Notes: a model not told the origin generated them from the sequence alone. 64,000 bases of DNA from an uncultured Acidobacteriota bacterium (GCA_963777605.1 CAVZRV010000029.1:320001-384000), one strand, 5' to 3'. Counted from the stretch's first letter, positions 39,794 to 50,013 are shown. Made by a program: numbers and translations.

Positions 39794-40810
39794 ATGAATC
39801 TGACTCAGGCGAAAAATCGTGCGCGGCTGCTGAAGAGCTACCTTTCGGGCGACCCGGAAGCGAGCGCCTTTCCCATCTCGGTAATCATCGAGAACACCGG
39901 CAAGTGCAACCTGAAGTGCCCGATGTGTCCGCGGGAGTTGACCGATTACCCTCCCGAGGACTTCGATTTCGAACTCTTCAAGCTGGTCGTGGACGAGATC
40001 CGGAACTCGAGCGAACTGGTCTTCCCATGGGGACTTGGGGAACCGCTGATCAACCCCGATGTCTTCAAAATGATTCGCTACTGCAAAGATGCAGGCCTCT
40101 GTACGGTGCTATCTACGAACGCAACCCTGCTGACTGAAGAGCGTTCCCGGCTGCTTCTCGAATCGGGCCTTGACCACTTAATCTTTGCCTTTGACGGGAC
40201 GACCCCCGAGGTCTACGAGCATTACCGGAAGAACGCGCGCTTTCACAAGGTTCGCGAAAACATTGTCCGGTTTCTGAGCCTCAAACAGGAAATGAAGTCG
40301 TCGATGTTCGTCGTGCTTCAGATGGTCCGACTGCCGGGCAACAGTCATCAGGTCAAGGATTTCCACGAGATGTGGAAAATACCCGGAGTGGACGAGATTC
40401 GAATCAAGGAAGACGAAGTCGTCATCGATGGGGTGGCACTCGAGGAGAGGGTGAACCACGATCGACGGCGACATCCCTGCTACCAGCTCTGGCAGGGTCC
40501 GATTCACATCAACTATCAGGGTGACTTGCGCCCCTGCTGCCACATGTACACCACCGAACCAATCGGCAACGTGCGGGATGCCTCGGTCCACGAGTTGTGG
40601 AATTCCGACCGGATGCGCCGACTACGCGAAGCCCACCTGAAGGGGGACCTGAGCGAGTACCCCGCGTGTCGCAACTGTCACGCGCCCAATCCAAGGCTGC
40701 CCGCGATCCTGGCCAGTTTCGGGGTCGATACCTTCAAGTTGCGGCAGTGGATCCCGAAGGCGGAGAAGTTGGCGGTCTTCTATCGTCTGCCGGTATTCAT
40801 CGATCGATAG
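39794..40810 (+). CDS. Radical SAM protein with Twitch/SPASM auxiliary domain
   Basis: CNLKCPMC, GLGEP, STNATLL; C-terminal CYQLW...GDLRPCC...IGN...LWNS...CRNC. Confidence 0.9.
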   Translation: MNLTQAKNRARLLKSYLSGDPEASAFPISVIIENTGKCNLKCPMCPRELTDYPPEDFDFELFKLVVDEIRNSSELVFPWGLGEPLINPDVFKMIRYCKDAGLCTVLSTNATLLTEERSRLLLESGLDHLIFAFDGTTPEVYEHYRKNARFHKVRENIVRFLSLKQEMKSSMFVVLQMVRLPGNSHQVKDFHEMWKIPGVDEIRIKEDEVVIDGVALEERVNHDRRRHPCYQLWQGPIHINYQGDLRPCCHMYTTEPIGNVRDASVHELWNSDRMRRLREAHLKGDLSEYPACRNCHAPNPRLPAILASFGVDTFKLRQWIPKAEKLAVFYRLPVFIDR

Positions 40811-40833
40811 GAGCCAGAGAAAGTGAGGTACGC

Positions 40834-42243
40834 ATGAATATCCTTCTGGTACGCGGCAAGCCGACATTCATGGACTTCATCGTCGGGATTCCCATCGGCC
40901 TGGCCTACATCGCGCCGATCGCCCAGCACAAGGGGCACTATGTTGAGATTCTGGACCTGGCCCTGGAGAGCGAACCTGACCAGGTGTTGCTCGCCAAGCT
41001 GAAGGAGCGTGACTGGCGGCTGGCCGGGTTCTCCTGCATGACGGCTGAGTGGGACGGTGCTGCATTGGCCGCGCGGGCAGTGAAGGAATTCGATTCTTCG
41101 ATCGTGACCGTCTTCGGCGGGCAGCATCCCACTATCCAGTTGACGGAAGTCCTCTCCGAGGATTTCGTCGACCTGGTCTGCTTCGGCGAAGGTGAGGAGA
41201 CTTTTGGAGAGGTGGTTGACGCGGTCGAACGGGGCCGCGATCCGTCCAATATTGCGGGGATCGGATTCAAGGACGGATCGGGAGAGATCCGGAGGAACTC
41301 TCCGCGGACCCCGATCGAGGATGTTGACGCGATCCCGCTGCCGGCCTACGAGTTGCTCGATCTTGATCGCTATGCGGTTGCCGAATCGGCCCGTCACACG
41401 CCGAAGTACCTGCGGGCGATCCAGATTTTCACGAGCCGGGGCTGCCCCTGGCACTGTATCTACTGTCATGACCTGTTCGGCAAGAAGTTCCGGGCCCGAA
41501 GTCCCGAACACGTCCTGGCCGAGATGAAGCTGCTTTACGAGACCTACCGGATCCAGGAATTCATGGTTGAGGACGACATCTTCAACTTTGACATGGATCG
41601 GGCCAAGCGGATCTGCGACATGATTGTCGAATCGGGGATGAAGGTGGCGCTCCAGTTTGGCAACGGCGTACGGTTGGAGCGACTGGACGAAGAGCTGATC
41701 CAGAAACTGGCCGCGGCCGGAACTCACCACATGTGTATTGCCATTGAATCGGCCAGTCCGCGGATCCAGAAGCTGATGAAGAAGTATCTGAAGCTCTACC
41801 TGGTCCGGGATATCTCCAGGTGGTGCAAAAAATATGGCATCGAGACGCTCGGTTTCTTCATGATCGGATTTCCCACGGAAACCGACGAGGAGATCAGGAT
41901 GACGATCCGGTTCGCTTGCGAAAGTGAATTGGACGAGGCGCTCTTCAGCATCGTCATTCCGTACCCCGGGACAGAACTGAGCCACCAGATCATTAACGAA
42001 GGACTTTACGACAGTTCGGAGCATCTGAATCGGGTCCACCAGATCCGGACGGATGAGTTCGATTTCAGAAAACTGAAAAAGTTTCAAAGACAGGCTTACA
42101 CCATGTTCTTCCTGACCCGGCTTCGATTCGTGAGGATGCTGCCCAAGCTCTTCGCGCTCCGATCGAGCATGAAGTACATGCGGGCCATCGAGCGAAACCT
42201 GCTTCCGGGTTTTCTGCAGAGGCAGTCTTCGCGGATTAACTGA
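40834..42243 (+). CDS. B12-binding radical SAM protein (class B methyltransferase-like)
   Basis: PIGLAYIA, GGQHPT, GEGEET, TSRGCPWHCIYC, IES, FMIGFPTET, PYPGT. Confidence 0.9.
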   Translation: MNILLVRGKPTFMDFIVGIPIGLAYIAPIAQHKGHYVEILDLALESEPDQVLLAKLKERDWRLAGFSCMTAEWDGAALAARAVKEFDSSIVTVFGGQHPTIQLTEVLSEDFVDLVCFGEGEETFGEVVDAVERGRDPSNIAGIGFKDGSGEIRRNSPRTPIEDVDAIPLPAYELLDLDRYAVAESARHTPKYLRAIQIFTSRGCPWHCIYCHDLFGKKFRARSPEHVLAEMKLLYETYRIQEFMVEDDIFNFDMDRAKRICDMIVESGMKVALQFGNGVRLERLDEELIQKLAAAGTHHMCIAIESASPRIQKLMKKYLKLYLVRDISRWCKKYGIETLGFFMIGFPTETDEEIRMTIRFACESELDEALFSIVIPYPGTELSHQIINEGLYDSSEHLNRVHQIRTDEFDFRKLKKFQRQAYTMFFLTRLRFVRMLPKLFALRSSMKYMRAIERNLLPGFLQRQSSRIN

Positions 42244-42254
42244 CCGGCGCGCCT

Positions 42255-43208
42255 ATGTATCGGTATCCAGACTTTCCCGACCACGTCTACGTCGAGCTGA
42301 CGAACATGTGCAACGCGCGCTGCACGATCTGTGCGACCCCTGCCATGAAACGCCCCCGGACCATCATGTCCCGCGATCTTTTCCGGAAGATCGTGACCGA
42401 GTGCGGGCAGAATCGGGCCAGGAAGCTCCTGCCGTTTCTGCACGGTGAGTCGCTACTGGTGCCAGGGGTGCTGGACTACTTCCGCGAAGCCAGGCAGTTG
42501 GCTCCGGAGACCCACATCAACCTGACTACGAACGGGTCGCGGTTGACGCCGGAGATCACGGAAGCCATTCTTTCAGAGAACCTGATCGACAGCCTGATTG
42601 TTTCGATCGATGGTGGAGACAAGGAGACGTACGAGGGAATTCGCATCGGTCTGAACTACGATGAGGTGAGGCATAATGTGCTCCATTTCGTTCGTAAGAG
42701 GAACTCGCTCGATCGGACACAACCAAAGGTCTCGATTGCCATGGTGACCGTGCCGGAGAACCGCCACACCCGCCGGAAACTCGAGGAAGAATGGCAGGAA
42801 ACCGACGAGGTAAGGTTTTCGGTCTACTTCAACTGGGCGGGGAAGCTGGACAACAACGGCAGACCCGAGAACAAGGTAAACTTTTGCGAGCGCCTCTACC
42901 ACTACATCACCATCCTGGCCGACGGGCGGGTGGCGATGTGCTGTTTCGATTCCGAGGCCGAGTATGCGGTGGGGGACGTGACGAAGCAGTCGATCCGGGA
43001 GGCCTGGCATTCGCCGCTTTTCAACGAGAAGAGGCGGTGGCTATTTGAACGCAAGTTCGAGAGCCTTCCAATTTGCGGCGGGTGTGACTACGTGAACCAT
43101 CCCTCGTGGGCCGGTCCCCTGCTTCGTCTGAAACCGGGTCTCGAGGACCGGCTTCCGAATGTAACCCGGCTGGCCGGGAATCTCTATAAACGGTGGCTGT
43201 CGCGTTAG
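42255..43208 (+). CDS. Radical SAM protein with Twitch/SPASM auxiliary domain
   Basis: ELTNMCNARCTIC, HGE, TTNG, SIDG; C-terminal CERLY...DGRVAMCCFD...CGGC. Confidence 0.9.
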   Translation: MYRYPDFPDHVYVELTNMCNARCTICATPAMKRPRTIMSRDLFRKIVTECGQNRARKLLPFLHGESLLVPGVLDYFREARQLAPETHINLTTNGSRLTPEITEAILSENLIDSLIVSIDGGDKETYEGIRIGLNYDEVRHNVLHFVRKRNSLDRTQPKVSIAMVTVPENRHTRRKLEEEWQETDEVRFSVYFNWAGKLDNNGRPENKVNFCERLYHYITILADGRVAMCCFDSEAEYAVGDVTKQSIREAWHSPLFNEKRRWLFERKFESLPICGGCDYVNHPSWAGPLLRLKPGLEDRLPNVTRLAGNLYKRWLSR

Positions 43209-43246
43209 AATAGTGACCCATTGGGAAAGATAGGATCGATCTGATC

Positions 43247-44848
43247 ATGAAAAAGGAGCCGCTGGAACAACATTATCCCTGGCAGCGCCCCGCTTCACGT
43301 GACTTGGGCAAGGTTGTCCTGATTTACCCCAACACCGGCATGGATGTTTTCGGGATCAATGTCGGACTCCCGCTCGCCTGTCTCTACCTTGGCACCGTGC
43401 TGGAGGAATCGGGCTACCGGGTCGAAATCGTCGATGAGCGGATCGCGCCTGACTTCGAAGGGGCGGTACGAGAAGCTGTCGCCGACGAGTCCACCATTCT
43501 GGTCGGCATTTCATCCATGACCGGCATGCAGATACGTGGAGGGCTGCGGGCTGCCCGGACGGTTCGTGGCCGCCGTCCTGAATTGCCCATCGTCTGGGGC
43601 GGAGTGCATCCTACCCTTTGTCCGGGTTCGACTCTGAAAGACGAACTTTGTGACTACGTGATCAAGGGTGAAGGAGAGATCTCTCTCGTCGAACTTGCGG
43701 ACTGCATCCGGGAGAATGGTGACCCGGCCGAAGTGGCCGGCGTCGGATTCAAACGAGACGGTGAGCTCTGCTGGGGCCCCTACCGGCCAATGATCGAAAA
43801 CCTCGATGTTATCCCGAGTCCCAACTACTCGCTGATCCGCATGGAGCACTACTTCACGAAGGCTCCTTCGACCAACGAGGCCCAGTTGCAGATCGTCACC
43901 AGCCGCGGCTGTCCGTACGACTGTGAATTTTGTTACAACCTCAAGTTCAACGAGCGGCGCTTCCGTTACTTTTCGGCCGAACGGGTGGTATCCGACATCT
44001 CCAGCCTGATTGAACAGTTCGGGGTCAGTGCCGTTTTCATCGAAGACGATTACTTCTTCGGGCACCCGGGAAGGGTTGAGGAGATATGCGATCGACTGAT
44101 CGAGAAGAAACTGGACCTGCTGATCCAGGTGCCGTGCCGGATCGACTATCTTCACAAGCGCAGCCCCGAAATGCTGGACAAGCTGTACCGGGCGGGGTTC
44201 CGAGAACTCTGGATCGGGATTGAGTCGGGGTCTGAGAAGCGGCTCAAGGAGATCATGAAGCGGAACACCCTGGAACAGGTCCGGGACGTCAACCGGTTGC
44301 TCGCTGGTTCCAACGTTTACGCGAAGTACGGGTTCATGGCCGGATTCCCCAACGAAGATCGAGCCGAGACTCTGCAGACTGTCGACTTCATGTTCGATCT
44401 TCTCAACGACAACTCCAACGCCGGAGTCGCGCCGGTCGCGATCTACACTCCCTATCCCGGGACCACGCTTTACGACAAGGCCAGGTTGATCCACGGAGCG
44501 GAGTTTCCGGAGACCCTCGAAGGCTGGAGTCACTTCCACTTCGCGGAGAACAATAACCCGTTCCTTTCTCCGGAGCAGAAACGGTTTGTGACCAAGATCA
44601 ACACGATCAGCCGCTTTTTCGAACGTCGCGCCTTTGAGCGCTTCTGCAACAACCGCTTCAAACCCGTCCTGATGGCGATCTACACGCTCTACTATCGTTA
44701 TCTCCGGCTGAGATTGCGCTGGCGCTTCTTTGCCCTCATGCCCGAGGTGCCACTGATTCGACTTGCCGAGCGAATCTACATCGGATGGTTCCACCGAGCG
44801 GAGTTGTCGCGAGCCCGAAAAAACCCTGGAAATTACGCAACTGGCTGA
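43247..44848 (+). CDS. B12-binding radical SAM protein (class B methyltransferase-like)
   Basis: VWGGVHPT, GEGE, TSRGCPYDCEFC, GIESGS, FMAGFPNE, PYPGT. Confidence 0.9.
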   Translation: MKKEPLEQHYPWQRPASRDLGKVVLIYPNTGMDVFGINVGLPLACLYLGTVLEESGYRVEIVDERIAPDFEGAVREAVADESTILVGISSMTGMQIRGGLRAARTVRGRRPELPIVWGGVHPTLCPGSTLKDELCDYVIKGEGEISLVELADCIRENGDPAEVAGVGFKRDGELCWGPYRPMIENLDVIPSPNYSLIRMEHYFTKAPSTNEAQLQIVTSRGCPYDCEFCYNLKFNERRFRYFSAERVVSDISSLIEQFGVSAVFIEDDYFFGHPGRVEEICDRLIEKKLDLLIQVPCRIDYLHKRSPEMLDKLYRAGFRELWIGIESGSEKRLKEIMKRNTLEQVRDVNRLLAGSNVYAKYGFMAGFPNEDRAETLQTVDFMFDLLNDNSNAGVAPVAIYTPYPGTTLYDKARLIHGAEFPETLEGWSHFHFAENNNPFLSPEQKRFVTKINTISRFFERRAFERFCNNRFKPVLMAIYTLYYRYLRLRLRWRFFALMPEVPLIRLAERIYIGWFHRAELSRARKNPGNYATG

Positions 44849-44853
44849 AAGCA

Positions 44854-46515
44854 ATGAATCGCCGGGTTCTGCTTCTCCTCCTCTTGATTCTCGGATGTTT
44901 CTACCTGCCTTTTTTGGGAGAGGCATTTCATATTGACGACCGCATCTACCTGGAAATTGCCGGCAACATTCCCCGGCATCCCCTGTTTCCGTATGACTAC
45001 CCTGCCGTCTTTGAGGGCATCAGTGCTCCCGATGCGGCCAGCCACAGTCACCTGCCTCTGACTGCCTACTACCTGGCGCTGGTGCAGTGGTTCAGCGGCG
45101 GGAACCGGGAATGGGTCATGCACCTGGCGTTCCTCGTGTTTCCACTGATTGCCGGGTGGGGATTCTGGGATCTCAGCCGGAGGTTCGTGAATCATCGCTT
45201 TGCCGCGGTAGTTCTCCTCCTGACCTGCCCGGCGTTTCTGGTTCTGGGCCATACGCTGATGCCGGACGTTCCCCTCCTTGCCTTCTGGATCCTGGCAGTG
45301 AGCCGCTTCTTCAAGATCCGGGACGGGGACGGTAAGGCTTCGGACTGGTCGTTGCTGGCGTTGAGCCTGCTGGGGGCGGCGTTCATGAGCCTCGAATCGG
45401 CGGGCCTCCTCCTCCTCCTCTCGGCGGCTCTGGTAATGGACTGGAAACAGAGCCGCGGGCGCTACCTCAAATATGCCGCTCTTCTCCTGCTGCCCCTGAT
45501 AGTCTGGGTGCTCTGGTATTTCCGGGCCTACCTCCATTACGATCGCTTCGTCCTCGTCAACACGGTCCTGCACATGAACAAGCGGGATGCGTTTGACTGG
45601 TCTCTTTTCGGAGTCAAAGCCCTCAGTTTTGTGGTCAATCTGGGTAGTGTTTTTGTTTTTCCGCTGGCGATCTGGTACGGATTTTCCGGGACATTTCGGA
45701 CGCGGGTCGGCCTGCTGGTTCTTCTTCTGGCCCTGGTTCCATTCTTCACCTTCGTGCCGGGGTGGCACTGGGCGCACATTATGCTCTTCGTGCTCTTCTT
45801 TTCATCCGGGGTACTCGTCGTCTGGGAGTTCGTGCCGGCGCTCGTTGACCGCAGCCTGGCGGTACGGGTCATGGCACTCTGGTTCTTTGGGATTTTTGCA
45901 GCGGCGTTGCTGCTCTACTATGCAGGCTCGGTTCGCTACGTCCTTCTGGCTGCTCCTCCCGTGGTTCTATTGTGGGTGAGGAGGCTTGAGCTTCGGACAC
46001 CGGAGCCTTATCTCCAAAGAAACCTGGTCTGGGCGGGTGCCCTGCTGACCGCTCTGTTTGCCCTGCTACCAGCCTATGCCGACTATCGCTTTGCCGGAAT
46101 CTACCGGAATGCGGCTCGCCAGCTTGTGACCAGGTACTCAGCACCGGGACAGACCGTCTGGTTCACCGGTGAATGGGGATTTCGGTATTACTTCGAGCGC
46201 CAGGGCGCCAAAATGCTCCGCCGGGTGGATCCGCGGGCCAAGCCGGGGGACATTATCATCAAGCCTTTCCTTGCCAGCCCCTGGGTGACTTTGTACGATG
46301 GTGACAAGTGGACCGCTCTCCTCGAACAGCGCCCGGTACGGGAGACCTATCCGATCCGGGTTATCGACTACTCGTCCCACGCCGGCTTTTACAGTTCTGC
46401 CTGGGGCATTCTCCCCTTCAGTATCTCCACCGGAGAGAAGTGGGAGTGGTTCAACATCTTCGAGGTCAAGCGTTCCTACACCGGGCCGCTGCCGAAAGAA
46501 GAATCTCACTGGTGA
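44854..46515 (+). CDS. GT-C fold membrane glycosyltransferase (ArnT/PMT-like)
   Basis: Acidic HIDD motif after TM1, HLPL, DVPL, more than ten hydrophobic segments, RYVLLAAPP and a soluble C-terminal domain. Confidence 0.72.
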   Translation: MNRRVLLLLLLILGCFYLPFLGEAFHIDDRIYLEIAGNIPRHPLFPYDYPAVFEGISAPDAASHSHLPLTAYYLALVQWFSGGNREWVMHLAFLVFPLIAGWGFWDLSRRFVNHRFAAVVLLLTCPAFLVLGHTLMPDVPLLAFWILAVSRFFKIRDGDGKASDWSLLALSLLGAAFMSLESAGLLLLLSAALVMDWKQSRGRYLKYAALLLLPLIVWVLWYFRAYLHYDRFVLVNTVLHMNKRDAFDWSLFGVKALSFVVNLGSVFVFPLAIWYGFSGTFRTRVGLLVLLLALVPFFTFVPGWHWAHIMLFVLFFSSGVLVVWEFVPALVDRSLAVRVMALWFFGIFAAALLLYYAGSVRYVLLAAPPVVLLWVRRLELRTPEPYLQRNLVWAGALLTALFALLPAYADYRFAGIYRNAARQLVTRYSAPGQTVWFTGEWGFRYYFERQGAKMLRRVDPRAKPGDIIIKPFLASPWVTLYDGDKWTALLEQRPVRETYPIRVIDYSSHAGFYSSAWGILPFSISTGEKWEWFNIFEVKRSYTGPLPKEESHW

Positions 46516-46833
46516 GTGTAACCATCAATCAACACGAACTGAGCGGTGGCGGCTTTTTCTCGAATTCCCTTGGCCGCCGTGTATTGATGTAGGCTGGCAT
46601 TCGCTGTTTCTCCTTGAACTGGGACGCCTCGATTCAGCCGGTTGGTTTCTCTGGAAATATGGAAGGACGGATCCTGCCGAATCTTGAACTGCTTTCGAGT
46701 GATGGAGTTAAGCTCTTCCCCGACCCGTCGGTGTACTCGGGCTCTTAGACTTCGAAGGGCTGACGTGCGAACATTCCTGTAACCAGTAAACACTCCAACC
46801 ATGGAGTTTTTTTTATCTTTGAAAGGAGCCGTT

Positions 46834-47668
46834 ATGAAGAAATGGATTGGACACATCTTTCTCCTGTCGGTGTTTGTCACCACCGGGCTTCAGGCCCAAC
46901 CCGACGTGCCGGTTGAGAAGTGGTCCGGCAAGACCATCATGTTGATCGGGGCCCATCCGGACGATGATACCTACGCCCAGGGGACGATGGCCATGTTGAA
47001 GGATCACGGAAATGAAATCTGGATCGTGATTCTCACCACCGGAAACGTCGGGACGCTGGATCCCAAACTGTCCAAGACCGACCTGGCACGCATTCGACGC
47101 CAGGAGGAACTGGGCGCCCTCGGAGAGTTGGGAATCCCGGAAGATCACTACATCAATCTGGGCTATGACGACGGGATGCTGGAATTTCAGGATCGTAAGG
47201 AGATCGTGGAGCGACTTGTTCGAAAGATCCGAGAGTACCGGCCCGACGTGCTGCTCGCCTTCGATACCGGACCGGGATACATGCGATGGCACAAGTCAGA
47301 CCACAGGGCTGCCGCGTTCTTTGCTGCCGACGCGACCCGCGCGGCCATGTGGCGGCTTCTCTTCGAGGGGCAGATCATCCAGGACGGTCTCGAGGCTTAC
47401 CAGATTCCCGAGTTCCTCTTTTTCGACACTGCGGAACCGGACACGTGGGTAGATGTCAGCCCGTATGTTGAGCAGAAGGTCCGGGCCGGCATGAAGTACG
47501 TCAGTCAGTGGGGCCCGGGCTGGAAAGAGTACAAGGGGCCGAATCTTTCACCGACCGAGGCAAAAGAGATGGAAGCCCGGATTCGGGCCCGCCTGAACGA
47601 AGCGTGACGGCAAGGCAGTGGAAGGATTCCGCTATTACAAGGGCCTCCCCGACGGGATGGGCAAGTAG
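46834..47668 (+). CDS. Secreted PIG-L/LmbE-family deacetylase (+1 frame break near 47597)
   Basis: RBS AAGGAG; signal peptide; GAHPDDD, RRQEE, LGYDDG, HKSDH; the family-typical tail VEGFRYY...K* is in the shifted frame ending at 47668. Confidence 0.85.
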
Positions 47669-47867
47669 CTGGAATCAACCGTCCATGAGGCGCGGTTGTA
47701 ACCTCAGGTGAGGCACTTTTGTCATGGTTTGCATTTCTGCCGCAGTCAGAATGCCACTTCCGAGCTTCCCCAGGGTCAGTTAATTCGAGCGAATGGATTG
47801 CCAGAAATGCTGATTCTAAAGCTTTTGAGGTATCGATAAAGGGAATTTCGAGAGAGTGACATCATCG

Positions 47868-47883
47868 TGGAACGCTCCTTGCT
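47868..47883 (+). promoter_or_regulatory. Sigma54-type -24/-12 promoter
   Basis: TGGAACG-CTCC-TTGCT, correct GG-N10-GC spacing, 43 bp upstream of the small ORF. Confidence 0.6.
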
Positions 47884-47926
47884 TTAATAGAAAGGTAAAA
47901 ATAAGTATGAAAGGAGCCAAGGCATA

Positions 47927-48049
47927 ATGAGTGATGGAATGCTGCTTTTGACAATTGGTGTATCGATTGGCGCGCTTGCTGGCGTAGTCGCGGTTACTCG
48001 CTCCTATTTTTCCCGAACTCACGGGGAAAAACGTCAACGCCTCATCTGA
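47927..48049 (+). CDS. 40-aa single-pass membrane peptide
   Basis: AAGGAG RBS; MSDGMLLLTIGVSIGALAGVVAVTRSYFSRTHGEKRQRLI*; followed by a 13-bp hairpin. Below the ORF-track length cut-off. Confidence 0.6.
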   Translation: MSDGMLLLTIGVSIGALAGVVAVTRSYFSRTHGEKRQRLI

Positions 48050-48085
48050 GGTTAACTTTAAGTCCTTCCATGGGCACCACACCGT

Positions 48086-48125
48086 CGGTCGGAGGTTGAT
48101 CCCAGCCTCCGACCGCATGCATTTT
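48086..48125 (+). terminator. Stem-loop, probable terminator of the small ORF
   Basis: CGGTCGGAGGTTG-ATCC-CAGCCTCCGACCG; the U-tract is weak. Confidence 0.5.
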
Positions 48126-48241
48126 CCCCCACCCTGATTCTAAACTTCAATTCGGACGAGCTGGAAAACCTGCAGAATTTGGACCGTCAGAAGGCGGTGC
48201 AGCTTCGATTTGTGCGAGTTCGCCTGTTGGGGAGAAATCCG

Positions 48242-48308
48242 GGCGGCAAGGCACCCGCGGGTGCCTTGCCGCCGGTGCCCTCCGGCCTCACCGTCAGGGG
48301 GTGAGGCC
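48242..48308. repeat. Perfect 32-bp palindrome plus a 9-bp-stem hairpin next to the USP stop codon
   Basis: GGCGGCAAGGCACCCG|CGGGTGCCTTGCCGCC (48242-48273); GGCCTCACC-N7-GGTGAGGCC (48284-48308). Confidence 0.8.
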
Positions 48309-49262
48309 TCAGGCGCTGGGACAGAGAATCATTGGGAAATCGGCTGTCCGGAGGATCTGACTGGCCGTGTGGCCCAGGCCCTCGGACCCGCGCACGCGAT
48401 CCCCGTGGAGGCCCATGACGAGCAGGTCGGAGGAGACCCTCTCCACTGTGTCGAGGATCTTGGCCGACGGAGAACCGGTGAGGAGCAGTGACTCGGTTCC
48501 GTGGGGTGCGCCGTATCGCCGAACCAGGAGCTCTGTCCGAGCTTTTGCGGTTTCGAGAATCCGTCCAATCGAAGGTGCTCGGTTCTCTCCCCCCTCGACC
48601 TCTGCATCCTCAATGTCGGTGACATGGACGACGACGAGAGGTGAGGCGTAGTCCCTGGCGAAGCGAATTGCAAATGCGAGCGCCTCCTTTGATGGATTGG
48701 AGAAGTCCACCGCACAGACAATCGGATTCCAGTCCGTTCTGCGAGTGCCACCCTGCGGAACAACCCAGATCGGCCTCTCGGCCAGGCGGAGGATGCGCTC
48801 TGCGTCGGCTCCGAGGAAGAACGCTTCGACGCTGCTCTGAAGGTGTCGTGCCACGATAGTGACATCAGCGTTCAGTTCGAGAATCAGGTCGCCGATTGCC
48901 CCTTCGGGATGAATGGCTCGACGGACTTCAAAGTCAAGCCCGTCGAGCTTGGGATCGAGAAAGAACTTTTCAACCTGGGCGGAGTACTCACGATTGAGTT
49001 CAGCCAGGATGCCATGGGACGAGCCGGGATCGGAGGGAAGAATCCTCGGCACGTTGAAAGCATGAATCCCGGTCAGGGATGAGCCCGTCTTGCGGGCTAC
49101 ATCGGCAGCATATTCGAGGGCTTCCTTGGAGGCACGTGACAGATCAGAAGTGAAGAGAATCCGGTGAAGGGTCTTCCCATTTCTGTGTTCCGCCGCCTCC
49201 GGGGTCCCCGGGCCGGCTTTCGCCAGCGGTGGTGGTGAACTAACGAGTTTCAAGTTTCTCAT
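48309..49262 (-). CDS. Universal stress protein with tandem USP domains
   Basis: RILFTSDLSRASKEALEYA...LGADAERILR and IVCAVDFSNPSKEALAFA...DLLVMGLHG...LGHTASQILR. Start ATG 49262; the ORF-track 515-aa product is an artefactual fusion. Confidence 0.9.
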   Translation of the reverse strand: MRNLKLVSSPPPLAKAGPGTPEAAEHRNGKTLHRILFTSDLSRASKEALEYAADVARKTGSSLTGIHAFNVPRILPSDPGSSHGILAELNREYSAQVEKFFLDPKLDGLDFEVRRAIHPEGAIGDLILELNADVTIVARHLQSSVEAFFLGADAERILRLAERPIWVVPQGGTRRTDWNPIVCAVDFSNPSKEALAFAIRFARDYASPLVVVHVTDIEDAEVEGGENRAPSIGRILETAKARTELLVRRYGAPHGTESLLLTGSPSAKILDTVERVSSDLLVMGLHGDRVRGSEGLGHTASQILRTADFPMILCPSA

Positions 49263-49300
49263 GATCCTACTGCCTGCCTTTCCCTGTCTGGTCGTACCGC

Positions 49301-50013
49301 CTAGTCGAAGAGGAGACCGATCTGGAACAGGGTCGCGAGTGACGACTCTGTCGCACGTTTGAAGTCCTTGTACTCGTGTGAGCCCAGGTAATCGTGCTGA
49401 AGGTCGAGGTTCCCCTGGAAATTCAAGCGCGAGATCCTCGCCGCCATGGTCGATGAGGGCGGGTTTGAAGTAGTGCCAAATGCTGTCAGCACCGTCCAAC
49501 ACTTCATCGGCAGATTTCGGACGTTCCAGGGAGGCATCCATGAGCGCGCGGGCTTCATGCTCCTCCAGACGCTGGATCGCGCCAGGGATGGTCGGGTGAA
49601 AGAGTTGGTAGAGGTCCATCGCGGTGTTCCCGACTTCGTGTGCAGCGAGGATCGTCGCAGTCTGATCTTGACGCATTGAGACGGTTTCGAGTTCAGCCTG
49701 TGCTCCTTCCATGTGGCGCATGCTGGCCGGCTCGACGCTGGCTGGATCGACTGGCTCGAAGTCGAGCCAGATCTGGTGCAGCGACTGAACGTTGCTGCGG
49801 ACATCCGACCAACGGTTCTCGGAGGCAAGCACGACCACGCGCTCCGCCTTCTGCACGATCGCGAAGAGGGGAGAGGGTTCCTCGACCTTTGACTTTGTTA
49901 AGACATCATCGTCTGAGTTCGAGGCGCCGCATCGGAAGAGTTGTTGCGGAAACCGTGGCGGCGCTAAGCCCGGCTATGAGGAGCACGAGCAAGAAGAATC
50001 TATTGGTTTTCAT
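49301..50013 (-). CDS. Secreted helical hypothetical protein (two apparent +1 frame breaks near 49930 and 49420)
   Basis: RBS AAGGAG, then MKTNRFFLLVLLIAGLSAATVSA signal peptide; the middle is the first part of ORF 48309..49856; the tail QGNLDLQHDYLG...GLLFD* is the end of ORF 49301..49828. Confidence 0.65.

Noticed and set aside
46523-46589. Imperfect hairpin (CATCAAT...ATTGATG) after the first GT-C gene
   Set aside because: Single, irregular and with no recognisable RNA motif; probably a terminator-like or chance fold.
39794-48049. RiPP cluster with the 40-aa ORF as precursor
   Set aside because: The peptide looks like a TM helix with its own promoter; no RRE, peptide exporter or leader/core pattern; the neighbours are glycosyltransferases.
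48309-49856. Apparent novel-domain/USP fusion of 515 aa
   Set aside because: A one-base frame break near 49420 joins a separate secreted protein to the USP gene; the linker is out-of-frame sequence.
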